DNA of 64,000 bases from Sphyrna mokarran (taxonomy: Eukaryota): NCBI GenBank assembly GCA_024679065.1, contig JAGIQG010000014.1:41106001-41170000 (forward strand), in the 5' to 3' direction. Position 1 is the stretch's first letter; each line of letters opens with the position of its first letter. The notes under the pieces were generated by a model. It worked only from the letters and a program-made list of their open reading frames with translations. It searched no databases and had not been told where the DNA came from. A program made the translations under genes and the position numbers. Shown here piece after piece: positions 26,151 to 38,971 of the stretch.

Positions 26151-27408
26151 CACAATCACCTGGAATTTCCCCTCTAAGCCAATCACCATTCTGACTTAGA
26201 AATATATTGTTGCTCCTTCACAATTGCTTGGTCAAATTCCTGGAAGCAGTGTAGAAGTCCCTATACATAAAGACTGCAATGGTTCAAGAAGGCAGCTCAT
26301 CTCCACCTTTTCAAAGGTAATGAGGGATGGGCAATGAATGCTGCCTAGCCAGCAAAACCTACATCTCATAAATTAATGAAAGTAAACACATGCAATGTTT
26401 TAGAAAAGGTTCTGGCTCTGAACTGTGCACAGGTATTTGAAAAATCCAGTGACTTGTGACACGTTTTAAAATCCTGTAAAAAAAACTTTCTGGATTTACA
26501 ACTAGCATCATCTCTGCGTTGCTCTAAGATTGATTTATCATCTAAGATAGATGGTAGCTAGACAAATACATAGCACAGTTAACAAAGTAAAACATCCCGA
26601 GGCACTTTACAAGAGTGATTATTAAATAAAAGCCTTATAGCTATGGACAGGGATTTGAATACAGGAGTGAGGTATTGTTACACTTGAAGACAATGTAAGT
26701 TAGCAAGCAGAGAGGTCGTTGGGTTGAACAGCGTTTGACACAAATTAGAATATGGGCAATAGAGTTATTGATGTGCAGAAATTTATATTGATAGAAGATG
26801 GAAGACTGGTCAGAAGAGCATTGGAATAGTAAAATCCTTTAAGGCAACTTAACCTATTTGTGTTGACAAGGTATATTGTATGGGGCACATGGTTGCAATA
26901 AAAATATACATAGTGCTGGCCATTCAATCAATCATGCCAGTTTCATCATTCATAGAAATGTTGTCCAAATCTGTGTGTTTTAACTTCTGGAGTGAATAAA
27001 GACACAAAGTCAGCTTTAAATACTTAATTTTTTTTTATTCTATAGTTACTTAAATAATAGTAACTATTTGCAATACATAAAGCAAATATTCACTAACTGT
27101 TACTTAATATTGATTTCCACTTACAATTAAAACCCGGCCAGGATTTTGTTGTCACAGGGAATTAGTTTTTTGTTCTCTTCCCCTTCCAAATATTGTCTCT
27201 CCTTGTGAGCTTTCAGGTTCTTCCCACTGCCTTTCTGAACAAGCTGTTTGTGTTTGCAGAGTTAAAACTTCAAAAGTTTCCTTGGTAATCAGCTGATGAA
27301 TTGATCAGACCCCCAATTACATTGTTCGATTAGGCCAATCAAATCTAACCAGAATCTCAGACCTTATCTCTCTCGGTCTTCTAAATGCATGTTGTTTACA
27401 TTCCAATG

Positions 27409-28541
27409 ATATGAAGATGCTGGCATTGGACTGGAGTAAGCACAGTATGAAATCTCACAACACCAGGTTAAAGTCCAACAGTTTTATTTGGCAGCATTAG
27501 CTTTCAGAGTCTCAAGCTCCTTCATCAGATGAGTGAAGACTTGGTTCACAAACAGAGCATATAAAGACACAAACTCAATTAACAAGGTAACGGTTGGAAT
27601 GCGAGTCTTTACAGGTAATCAAGCCTCAAAGGTACAGGACAATGTGAGAAGAGAGAAGGCCAAGCACAGGTTAAAAATGAGTGTATTATCTCCAGCCAGG
27701 ACAGTTAGTGAGATTTTGCAAGGCCAGGCAAATCGTGGGGGTTACAGATAGTGTGACATGAAACCAAGATCCTGGTTGAGGCCGTCCTCATGTGTGTGGA
27801 ACTTGGCTATCAATTTCTCCTCCGCGATTCTGCATTGTCGTGAGTCGTGAAGGGTCATAAATATGAATACAATCACCTTACGTGAGAACACCATTCACCA
27901 GGTAGACGGTACACAGTCTTGTAACTCAGTGAATGTTGTCTACCTGATATGTTGCAGGAAAGGATGTTCTGAGGCATGGTACTTTGGGGAGACCATGCAG
28001 AAGCTATGGCAACAAATGAATGAACATGGTTAGCCAATCACCAGGCAGGAGTGTTCCCTTCCAGTCAAGGAACACTTCAGCAGTTACGGGCATTCAGCTT
28101 CTGATCTTCAGGTAAGCTTTCTCCAAGGCAGCCTTCACAACACAAGACAACGCAAAGCACAGAGCAGAAACTGATAGCCAAATTTCGCACACATGAGAAT
28201 GGCCTCAACTGGAGTTTTGGGTTCATGTCACATTATCTGTAATCCCCACAATTTGCCTGGGCTTGCAAAATCTCACTAATTCTTCTAGCTGGAGACAATA
28301 CACATCTCTTTAACTTGTGCTTGGCCCTCTCTCCACTCACATTGTCTGTACTTTTAAGAATTGATTACCTGTAATGACTCGCATTCCAAACATTATCTTG
28401 TAAATTGAGTTTGTGTCTTTATACGCACTGTTTGTGAACACAAGTCCTCAGTCACCTGATGAAGGAGATTGAGACTCCGAAAGCTAGTGCTGCCAAATAA
28501 ACCTGTTGGACTTTAACCTTGTGTTGTGAGACTTCTTACTG
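27409..28541. mobile_element. Older foldback Penelope-like element (inverted pLTRs plus GIY-YIG remnant)
   Basis: The minus arm (27409 to about 27850) carries the tail; the plus arm (about 27880-28541) reads NVVYLICCRKGCSEAWYFGET. TSD tacattccaatg at 27397-27408 and 28542-28553. Confidence 0.9.
28453..28489 (+). ncRNA. Minimal type I hammerhead ribozyme motif in a PLE pLTR
   Basis: cac-CTGATGA-a-ggag(attgaga)ctcc-GAAA-gc-TA-gtg: intact core, stem I cac/gtg, stem II ggag/ctcc. Mirror copy at about 27496-27531 (minus). Confidence 0.75.
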
Positions 28542-29634
28542 TACATTCCAATGCCTTGCTAAGGAACACTGGCTCCCAAATGTCTGTTCACAACTCTTCC
28601 CTGCCAAGGAGAAGCTGTTGAATCAGACACCTTCTGTCATTTGACAAATTTGAGGCCATTGCCAGCATAGCGAAAAAACAACTTTAACCAAAAGAAATGG
28701 TTTGCTTGATTGAAGATCTTTCAGCATATTAAAAGTTAGAACTTCATTCAGTCATGGAAGATAGAAACATAATAAATAAGAGAAGGAGAAGGCCATCTGA
28801 CTCTTCCAGCCTTCTCCACCTTGAAGTTTGGCTGAACTGTACCTCATTTCTGATTATCCACATTTCTTTTCCCAGATTCCTTGATACCAGTGCTTAAATC
28901 ACACCTATCAGTTTCAAAAATTTCAACTGACCCACGGCTTTTTTGGGGGAAGCAGTTCCCAGGTTCCCACTCTCCCTGATGTGGGAAGACATGACTTTGT
29001 TCCGATATTAAATTTATGCCTCTTTGTTCTGGATTTTCCGCCAGAGGAAATAGTTACTCTGTGCTAATTTGTTAATAATTTTCAACATCTCAATTAGATC
29101 ATTCTTCAGTTTGCTAGTCTGAATGAAATCAAAGCCTAGTTTATGCAACCTGTTCTCATAATTTAAAAAAAAATTAATCGCTTGTAGAAATGCAGCAATC
29201 TGTTGAAAATTAATGGTCTGTTCACTCAATTGCTTGACCTTTATCAAATATAATGAACTGGGCTGCTCGGGCAAACAAAATATTAATGACTTGCTCATGA
29301 AAAATGGATAGCAAACTGACTGACATGCCTGAAATTGCCTATTGTACCTTTGCATGAGTTAGTAGACAAGAAATTAAGCATTTGCCTCTGTAAATACAAT
29401 GTAGAGCTCGTGCAAATTGTGCCTCAGCCTCAAAGTAGATAGTCAAATATCTTTTGGATCTATACATTAGGTAGCTAGAAATCTGCAAAGGCTTCTGGAT
29501 CTCCTGCACTATACTTCTTAGAAGCTTGGCTTTCCTGCTGCTCTTCTTTCTCCTTAAATATATATACCATATCATGAAGAATCTCATGATTGAGATATAT
29601 TCCCTGTCGTAGCCCTAGTTATTTATTTTAATGT

Positions 29635-29995
29635 GGGACGGTGATAGCCTAGAGGTAATATTGCTAGACAATTAATCCAGAAACTCAACTAATATTCTGG
29701 GGACCTGGGTTTGAATCCCATTATGGTAAATGGTGGAATTTGAATTCAATAAAAAATATCTGAAAGTAAGAATCTAATGGTGACCAGGAAACCATTGTTG
29801 ATTGTTGGAAAAAACCCATTAGATTCACTAATGTCCTTTCGGGAAAGAAATCTGCCGTCCTTATCCAGTTTGGCCAACATATGACTCCAGAACTACAGTA
29901 ATGTGTTGAGTTTCACCTACCCTTGGGTAACTAGGGATGGGCAATAAATTGCTGGCCAGCCAGCAATGCCCATGTCTAATGAATGAATAAAAAAA
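29635..29995 (+). mobile_element. tRNA-derived SINE with L2-like tail
   Basis: gggacggtgatagcctagaggtaatattg...gggtttgaatccc...ctagggatgggcaataaattgctggcc...aatgaatgaataaaaaa. Confidence 0.8.
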
Positions 29996-30456
29996 GTTTT
30001 TTAGGGAGATTTCCCAAACAAAAAACAGTTTTGAAGGAAGTTTCTACATCAAGTTTCCAAAATAAAACACCTTTGATGAAAAACCAATCCAAAATAAAAC
30101 AGGCTGTATCTAATGGCACAGTAAGAATCAACTGTTCTCTTTTAAGGTTGCAGCACCAATCTTTCTCAGTTGATATTCTAAATTTAAAGTGGCATGTTAG
30201 GCAATTGGAAAATATGAGGTGGAGATGCCAGCATTGGACTGGTGTGGGCACGGTGAGAATTATCACAACTTCAGGTTAAAGCTCAACAAAGTTATTTGGA
30301 ATCATGAACTTTCAAAGTACTGCTCCTTCATCGAGTGAGTGGAGGTAGGTTCACAATCAGGGCATATGCAGCCAAAGATACAATTGCAAGATAATTACAG
30401 ATTGGAATGTGAAGACTGGTTGGAATGCAAGTCTTTACAGTACAAGGACAAACAGT

Positions 30457-31298
30457 GGGGGTGATTCTCCCATCGGGACCCACAAATTTTCTGGTGGGTT
30501 GGGTTGGGAGAATCACGTGTCGGCCATTTCACGGGATTTGCGCATGTGTTCCCAATGCATGCGTGTATCCCAGAACCAGAGAACTAGCACAGTTGAGACC
30601 GAACTAGAAACCAGCGTGACGAGAGGTAAGTGATTTTAATCTGTTTTAAGTATATTTCAAATGTAGTTTTAAATGTCATTATCTGGGCATTGGGTAGTAC
30701 CAAAAGGCTGGGGCGTATAGTGGGTAGGATCTAGGGGGGCAATTGCTGGGGATGAGGATTGGTATTCTGCCTGGGAATCAGTCTGGGCTGGAGGGAGACC
30801 AGCGATTAGGGTGGGCTTGAGGGAGGGGGTGGGGGAAGGTGGTCTGCTGGGGGGCGAGCAGGTATGGCAGGGAGGTCTGCTGTGGTGAGGAGGTGAGGAA
30901 ATTGCCACTGCTGGGGGAGTGGGCTAGACATCGGGACATCCGAGGTGGGGGTGAGGTGTCAGGGTTAACCAAGAATTGTCATGGGGACTGCGATCGAGCC
31001 GAGGGGGGAGGGAATGCAGAGTGCTGGAGGGGCAGCTGTGTGGGGGTCCTGAGCTGGCCAGTGATCGAGCTGGCTAGCAAACAGGGAGACTGACAGATCG
31101 GGATCACTGCACGCACGCAGATTTCCAGAACTGTCAAATTCCGACGTGAATGTGCCCCATCCTTCTGGGTTTTTAATGATATTCACGATTGTGACCTCTG
31201 CACTGCACAAAGTTTGGGAGATTCAGGTCTGAAGGTGTACTGAGAAACAATTGTGATCTGGATCAGATTTTTTTGTCAATTCAGCACTTTTCGGAGAA
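30457..31298. mobile_element. MITE-like element (Harbinger-type ends) nested in the PLE
   Basis: Starts gggggtgattctccc and ends cagcacttttcggagaa; its right end resembles 35460-35594. Confidence 0.65.
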
Positions 31299-32389
31299 GT
31301 GGAGAGAGGGATAATCACAGTTTAAAGAAATGTGAATTGTCTTAAGCCTATTAGAAGGATTTTGCAAGTACAGGCAGTATGGTGGCAGTTACAAGTAGCG
31401 TGACATGAATCCAAGATCCCATGAGGCTGTTCTCATTCATACGGAACTTGGCTATCAGTTTCTACGTGGTGATTCTGGATTGTCTTATGTTTTGAAGGCC
31501 ACGTTGGAGGATGTTTACCCGAAAATTAGAGGCTGAATGCTCTTGACTGCTGAAGTATTTCCGAACTGGTAGGGAATACTCCAGCTTAGTAATTGTTGCG
31601 CGGTGTCTGTTCATCCATTATCACAGCATGGTCTTGCAGATGTGACATGCTTCAGAACATCCTTCTCTTCAGCGAATGACGTAAGCACAGTAAGAAGTCT
31701 CACCACACCAGGTTTAAGTCCAACCAGTTTATTTGATAGTAATCCCACAAGCTTTTGAAAATGGTGTTCCTTCGTCAGGTGGTGTGGAAGGTTCAGTCAG
31801 AGAAAGGCATATAAAGACACACACACAGTTTACAGAATACTGATTAATACTCAAATCTTTGCAGCTAATGAAGTAGACAGTGTTGGCCGAGTTACATGAG
31901 TATGTACCATTTACCTGGTGGATGATGCTCCCATATATGATGATGGTATCCAGATTGATGATTTGACATATCTTGCAGAGGTTGCCATGGCAGGGTTATG
32001 TGGTAGGCTGGGTAGTTTGCTGCGAATAATGGTCTGTTTGATGTTGGGCGGTTGTTTGAAGGCAAGTAGTGGGGATGTGGGGATGGCCTTGTTGAGATGT
32101 TTATTGTCATCGATGACATGTTGAAGGCTTTGAAGAAGACGTCATTATTTCTCTGCTCCAGAGAAGTACAGGATGACAAAGGATGCTGTGTCAGTCATAT
32201 CCCGTCTTTGTTTTCTGAGGCAGTCGGTGCAGTTGTTCGCTCTGGCGCATTGGAACTGCCGATTGATGAGTCAAGTGCAATAGTCTATTCTTACGAGGGT
32301 GTCTTTCAGCATGGAGGTTTTTGTTGCATTCCTTCTTGTCTGGGCAGTTCCTGTGTATACAAAGCTTTTGGCTTTGATCTTTATTATGT

Positions 32390-33810
32390 CATTGTCTACA
32401 GGAATAGTGCCAGAAGACTGTACAGTAGGAAATGTCCCCTACTCCCCTTGTTCAAGAAGGAGAGTAGAGATAATCCTGGTAATTATAGACCACTGAGCCT
32501 TACTTCTCTTGTGCACAAAGTTTTGGAAAGTATTATTAGAGATAGAATTTATAGTCATCTAGGAAGGAATAATTTGATTAGAGATAGCATGGTTTTGTGA
32601 AGAGTAGGTCGTGCCTCACAAAGCTTATTGAGTTTTTTGAGAAGGTAACAAAAGAGGTGGATGAGGGTAAAGCAGTTGATATGATTTCAGTAAAGCATTT
32701 GATAAGATTCCCCACAATAGGCTATTGCAGAAAATACAGAGACATGGGATTGAGGGTGATTTAGTAGCTTGGATCAGAAATTGGCTAACTGTAAGAAGAC
32801 AAAGGATGCTGGTTGATGGGAAATGGTCATCCTGGAGTTCAGTTACTAGTGGTATACTGCAAAAATCTGTTTTAGGGCCACTGCTGTTTGTCATTTTTAT
32901 AAATGACCTGGATGATGACGTAGAAGGATGGGTTAGTAAATTTGCAGGTGAACTAAAGTCAGTGGAATTGTGGACAGTGCGGAAAGATGTTGCAGATTAC
33001 AAAGGGACATAGGTAAGCTGCAGAGCTGTGATGAGAGGTGACAAATGGGGTTTAATGCGGTGATTCACTTTGGAAGGAGTAACAGGAATACGGAGTACTG
33101 GGCTAATGGTAAGATTCTTGGTAGTGTGGATGAGCAGAGAGATCTCAGTGTCTATGTGCATATATCCTTGAAAGTTGGCACCCAGGTTGTTAAGAAAGCG
33201 TATGGTGTGTTAGCTTTTATTGGTAACTAGATTGAGTTTCGGAGGTCATATTGCAGCTATACAAAACTCTGGTGCGGCCACACTTGGCGTATTGCCTATA
33301 GTTCTAGTCGCTGCATTATAGGAAGGATGTGGAAGCATTGGAAAGAGTGCAGAGGAGATTTATCAGGATGTTGCCTGGTATGATGTGAAGGTCTAATGAG
33401 GAAAGACTAAGGGACTTGAAGATGTTTTCGTTAAGAGAAAAGGGTTAAGAAGTGACTTAATAGAGGCATACAAGATGATCAGAGGATTAGATAGGGTGGA
33501 CAGGGAGAGCCTTTTTTCTTGGATGGTGATGGCTAGCACGAGAGGACATAGCTTTAAATTGAGGGGCAATAGATATAGGACAGATGTCAGACATAGATTC
33601 TTTACTCAGAGAGTAGTAATATCTTGGAATGGCCTGCCTGCAACAGTAGTGGACTCACCAACATTAAGGGCATTTAAATGGTCATTAGATAAATATGGAT
33701 GATATTGAAATAGTGTAGGTTACGTGGGCTTTAGATTGGTTTTTCACAGGTCAGCGCAACATCAAGGACCGAAGGGCCTGTACTGCGCTGTAATGTTCTA
33801 TGTTCTATAC
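32390..33810 (+). mobile_element. CR1/HER1 LINE 3' part nested in the PLE
   Basis: PLFKKESRDNPGNYRPLSLTS, SVLGPLLFVIFINDLD, FFTQRVVISWNGLP; tail atgttctatgttctat. Confidence 0.92.
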
Positions 33811-34569
33811 AGATGGCTTCTTTAACATGTTTAGAGTGAAGTTGGAGAAGTGGAGCATTGTGAAATTATCCATAGGCTTGTGGTGGAGTGGAATGCTGAG
33901 GTGATCGACTTTGATGGAGATATGTGTGTTCAAGAATGCATCTGACTTTGGAAAGTAGCCCATGGTGAGACCGATGTGGGATGGAATTTGTTGGCATCAT
34001 GATATAGTCATTTCAGTGATTTTACACTGTGAGTCCAAAGATAGAAAATATCATTGATGTATCTGGTGTATAATGTCACTATGCATGCGCCAATCTCAGT
34101 GCTGATAGATCAGCGCATGTGCAATGGCGCGCTCAGTGCTATGCTGCCGGCCTCTCAAGCGGGAATAGGCCCTGCCCCCTGACTTTTTAATGAGATTCAT
34201 TCTCGTACAATCTACATTGCCTGGAGTGTGAGAGATTCATTTTGAAAATCCTGCTGAAAAAAAAGCTGTGGGATATACTCCAGTTTTTACACAAATTCAA
34301 CACTTAGAATTCTTTTGGGAGAATCCCACCTGTTAACTCTGTTTCTTTCTCCATAGGTATTCAGATCTGCTGAATTCATCCATTATTTTCAGTTTATATT
34401 TCAGACTTCCAATATCCACATTATTTTTCTTTCCTTTATTCTCTTGCTCTCTAAAAGTGAGAGTGTTTTTATTTTAGATTGCTATGCCACTTATTCCAAA
34501 ATCCTTGTGTACTCAATGGTATAGTCAATTTTTAAAGCAATGAGAAGCAAACGTGCTTATGATTAAATC

Positions 34570-34860
34570 AGAGGTTTAGGTTATGCACATATTCAAACCC
34601 AAGGGATGGTCTCTCTCTCTCTCTCACACACCCAGACAAACACATGCACACATATACGCACACACACATATACACACATGCATACATTTGCAATAAAGAG
34701 ATAAGAAAGAATGGTTTTACAACTAACTCAACAGTAAAAAGAACCACAGAAACGGGACGAAAAGAGAAAATGTTGGAAAATCTCAGCAGGTCTGGCAACA
34801 TCTGTAAGGAGAGAAAAGCGCTGATGTTTCGAGTCCAGATGACCCTTTATCAAAGCTTTC
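34570..34860. mobile_element. PLE pLTR fragments (second family) with CT/CA microsatellite and degenerate hammerhead
   Basis: The reverse complement of 34818-34857 reads agct-TTGATAA-a-gggtc(atctg)gactc-GAAA-ca-TC-agc; the aaatctcagcaggtctggcaacatctg tail is shared with 38535 and 62120. Confidence 0.6.
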
Positions 34861-34919
34861 TCAACATGCGATTGGGTACCCACTTTATCCAGATCCACAG
34901 CAGCATGGTGTGAGTGGGC

Positions 34920-35345
34920 AGCCATGTCTGTGTGTGGGGAGAGGAAGGCTAGCAATGTCTGTATGGGGGAGGGGGTTTGTAGAGACAAGCAATGTCTGTA
35001 TGACAGAGGAGGGGTTGTGGGAGCCAGCAATGTCTGTGGGGGTGAGAGGGCCAGCAATTTCTGTGTGGGGGAGGAGAGGTTTTTGGGAGCCAGTGATGAC
35101 TGTATGGGAGGAGGGGTGTTGTGGGGCCAGCAATATCTGTAAGGGGGAGGGGGCCAGTGATGTCTGTTGGGGAGGTTGTGGGAGCCAGCGATAAGGCCAG
35201 CAATGTCTGTGAGGGGTGGGGGTGTTAAGGGCCAGTGCTGAGGCCAGGAATGGTTGTGGAGGCCAGTGATGAGGTCAGCGATGTCTATATGAGGGTGAGG
35301 AGGGGGTGGTGGGAACCAGTGATGAGGCCAATGAAGTCTGTGGGG
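34920..35345. repeat. Degenerate minisatellite (30-38 bp units, gccagcaatgtctgt..ggg) within a MITE-like element ending at about 35594
   Basis: Directly visible; explains the repetitive ORFs at 34728-35203. Confidence 0.75.
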
Positions 35346-36904
35346 GCTGAATGGTAGTGATGCTGGGAAGTCTTTTCAGCAATCTCCCAGCAATGTGTGT
35401 ATGTGCAAGTTCCCGCTCAGCCTGCCCATTTCAAGTTCGAATAGGTCCAGCCCCCTGAGCTTTTAATGATATTCATGATTGTGAACTCTACAGTGCACAG
35501 GGAGAGGAGATTTGGGTCTGAAGTCGCACCGAAAAAACAGTCATAATCTATATCAGCTTTCTCACCAATTCAGCACTTTTGGGAGAATCATCTCTGCTCG
35601 AGGGGTAAGCTAATGCAGGTGCAAATGCCATCCATTTCTTTTCAATAGTTTGTTTTTGAAATTGACCCTCACAGTCCCAGATGTGAGATTCCATGAGCAA
35701 TATATCAAAGTCTCCAGTGCAATCCATATAATGCCTTAGTGGTCACCTTACAATTCCAAACATTAGGTGACACATAGCAGCCATCATTTGTTTAGCAAAG
35801 TTCATTTTTGAATAAGCAAAGAAAATAAAGTTGGATTTGCATGATTATGATTTCTTTCACATCTTAGGGATATGTCAGAAGAATGAATCTACATTTCTAC
35901 ATTGAGCAAGAATAGTCCCAACTATGCTTATGAATTTAATTTTGGGAAGATACACAAACATTAGTTGAACTAATTGCCCCAATACACTTTCACTATAATT
36001 GGCAGTCTGTATGCTTCATCTACTGAGGAAGAAAGTAGATTACAAAGCAAGCAAACAAAACTTTGCCTAATCATAACTTGGTAACCATAAAGATAGATTA
36101 AAGAATTATCTAAATTTCATACAGATTTTATCCTGATCGCAGGAGAGTTTCAGTTTTAAACATCTGTGTTCTGCTACTGTACGAGTGATGCAGGCAGTGG
36201 GAGTCAACTTTTGCTTTTTTTAAAGATTGGGCAATCATCAGAATGCTTACCTGATACCACTGAACCTGAGCAGATACTTGTGTAGACAGGAGTTCTTAAC
36301 AACCTTACACAGTCTTTCCCTCCTGTAAATACGTTCGGCTTTTAAAATCCAAACTTAACATCTTCAAATCAAAACTTGATTTGTCTCATCCTCTTCAGCG
36401 TGGTGGTACTCTCTATTATCTTTTTGGTAATCCATCTCCATTTAAAAGTTTTAAGAAAATTATTGTGTAAGGGGAGTATTCCTGTCATTTCCATGACAGG
36501 TTTTTTTATCTACCATTATTGTTGCTTCAGCTTGACCTGTTTTCTAATGTTAATAAATGTTATTTTTATTTAACAATAGTGTCATTATTGCTTTGTAATG
36601 CAGGCTGTGATACGTTAAAAAAGTTTGTTCCTGTTATTTGCATTTTTAAATTTTTCTGACAGCATTTATAAAATGTTGAGATTGTTGCATTGTTCTTGCA
36701 ATGAAATACACACAGACGATGCAGTTTTACTTAAAAATTAACACCCTGTGATAAAAACAGAGTAAAATAAGACATGCCAGCATCTTGATTTTTATTTTAG
36801 CATGACATGAGCTGAAATTGTATAATTACAGAAGATTAGTTGCATTGTTAATGCATTGCAATTAAAGGCCATATACTCCAATAACACCAAGGTATAGGAT
36901 CTTT

Positions 36905-36955
36905 TTCACCTGCAGACATTAAAATAATTAATCTATTTTAATATTTGCAGGTGAA
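36905..36955. other. Inverted repeat / hairpin in unique AT-rich sequence
   Basis: ttcacctgcagacattaaaata (36905-36926) pairs with tattttaatatttgcaggtgaa (36934-36955) at 20 of 22 Watson-Crick positions; 7-nt loop. Confidence 0.7.
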
Positions 36956-37539
36956 GAATAAATCTGTATTGCACAGTATTTTAACATTGCGTATCTTATC
37001 TGTATTTCCTACGGCAAGTAGTCCTCACAGCATGTAGCTGAGGGATACATGCTGGCAATCGTTTAAATGCCAAGGTGACTTTCAATGAGCAATGTTAAGT
37101 ACAGCTTCCATCCTTACATCAGGTCTAATTTCATAAGACACTCATTACAAGGGCAAGGCAAGAGAATACCATCTTTGGTGCGATCTGTTTAAATGATTCT
37201 GCTCATTATCATTGTTCAGGTGATTCCCCCGGGTCATTAGAATTACAATCTTTGGCATGATAAAAGAACAAATATGCAGATATCAAACATGTCCATGCAC
37301 CTGTCCACCTAAAGGTTACATTTCGTGCTGCCAAATAAAATTATGAATAATTTACAAATTTGAGTCAAAGTCAATGTCATTTTATCATTTCAAATGCACT
37401 TACTATTCAGTGACAATTAAGTTCTCAGGAGCTGGGCAACATACATACATCTAAAATTACAGTTGGATGAATTTCAGTAATTCTAACTCAAATTAGTGGA
37501 GAGAGAGAGTGATGTGCTGAAATGCCAAATATTTTAACC

Positions 37540-38090
37540 ATTTCATAGAAACCCTACAGTAAGAAGGAGACCATTTTATTTTCTGATCCAGCAAGTCTGC
37601 ACTGACCACAATCCTACCCCTGCTCCATTACCGTAACACCACATATTTATCCTAGCTAATCCTCCTGACAGTAAGGGGCAATTTAACATGGCCAATCAAC
37701 CTAACTTGCACATCTTTGGACAGTTGGGGGAAACACATGCAGATACAAGGAGAACATGCAAACTCCACACAGTCACCCAAGACCAGAATTGAATCTGGGC
37801 TGCTGAAGTTGTGAGGCAACAGTGCTAATTACTGCGCCACCAGCTGCCATCAATAAAAGCCACGTCCAAAAGAGCATCTTACCCAAGGCAATTCTCCCAA
37901 CCTGTTTCAATAACCTCTTGCATTTACTAGGGTTAATCCACCTAACCTGCACATCTTTGCATTATGACAGGATAGCAGAACACCCTGAGGAAATCCACAC
38001 AGGAAAACGTGCAAACTCTATGCAGTGACCTAAGGTCGGAATTGAACCCGGTCCCTGGCACTTTGAGGTAGCAGTGCTAACGACTACGCT
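37540..38090 (-). mobile_element. Two tandem V-SINE copies (about 37540-37840 and 37920-38090)
   Basis: V domain, B box and head in reverse orientation, twice. Confidence 0.8.
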
Positions 38091-38732
38091 ATTTCCAGTG
38101 TTACAATGTATTTTCAGAAGTAAGCATTTTGCTGTGTTGTTGCCTGAGTTCATTGTGCAAGAGCAGAATGTGTGCTTTAATCAGTTCAATTATTTCACAT
38201 TTGTTTCTGGCTGATACAACATATCAACTGAAATATTACAAACATCTTTAATGACGGAGTTCTTGGCTTAGAAAATAAAGAGAAGAAATGTAATTTTCAG
38301 GGCAATGAAATATGGAACATTAAACAAATCAGTAAATAAAGTCAATCTACCAATTTAGCTTATTTTTTAAATGTTTCTGCGATTTAACCTCACAAGTAGT
38401 CGAAATGAAATTAAATTTATTGATCAAATATTCTTCCCCATAGGTGTCAGTGATAATAACCCTAAAATTGCCAGCCTGTTAGGAGTGTTTTTTTTAATCG
38501 CTGGAGAAGGTTTTTTTTAGAGCAAGAATAGAGAATGCAGGAAAAACACAGCAGGTCTGGCAGCACCTGTAGTAAGAACTCAGTAAGAATTTAGCAACAC
38601 CAATTTTAAATCCAACCGATTTATTTGATAGTAAATTTGCGAGCTTTCGACACTCTGTGTCTTTGTCAGGCAAATGCAGTGTTCTGGTCTGCAATAGCAC
38701 ACATATCAACACAGACAGTCACAGATTGCTGA

Positions 38733-38825
38733 TTAGAGAAACTTGATGTCTGTGTCGATATGTGCAATCCTCTTGGAGATCCTCTCCACTTGGATCCGGC
38801 AGTATGCGGTGTTGATAGTAGTCAT
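38733..38825 (-). pseudogene. Probable N-terminal 30 codons of the PLE ORF, fused to the pLTR
   Basis: atctctacatc-ATG then MTTINTAYCRIQVERISKRIAHIDTDIKFL*; the ATG directly follows the PLE tail sequence and the stop arises at the fusion junction. Confidence 0.7.
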
Positions 38826-38930
38826 GATGTAGAGATGATTGCACATATCGACACAGACATCAAGTTTCTCTAATCAGCAATCTGTGACTGTCTGTGTTGA
38901 TATGTGTGCTATTGCAGACCAGAACACTGC

Positions 38931-38971
38931 ATTTGCCTGACAAAGACACAGAGTGTCGAAAGCTCGCAAAT
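38931..38971 (+). ncRNA. Minimal hammerhead ribozyme motif (G8-to-A variant)
   Basis: atttgc-CTGACAA-a-gacac(aga)gtgtc-GAAA-gc-TC-gcaaat: perfect 6-bp stem I and 5-bp stem II. Mirror copy at 38635-38675 (minus). Confidence 0.75.

Larger units (their letters stand above)
30214..34075 (-). mobile_element. Old Penelope-like element fragmented by nested insertions
   Basis: Tail and pLTR at 30214-30455; EN/RT pieces at 31300-31680, 31880-32370 and 33810-34075 are collinear with 46860-48050. Interrupted by a MITE, a second pLTR (31681-31870) and a CR1. Confidence 0.85.
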
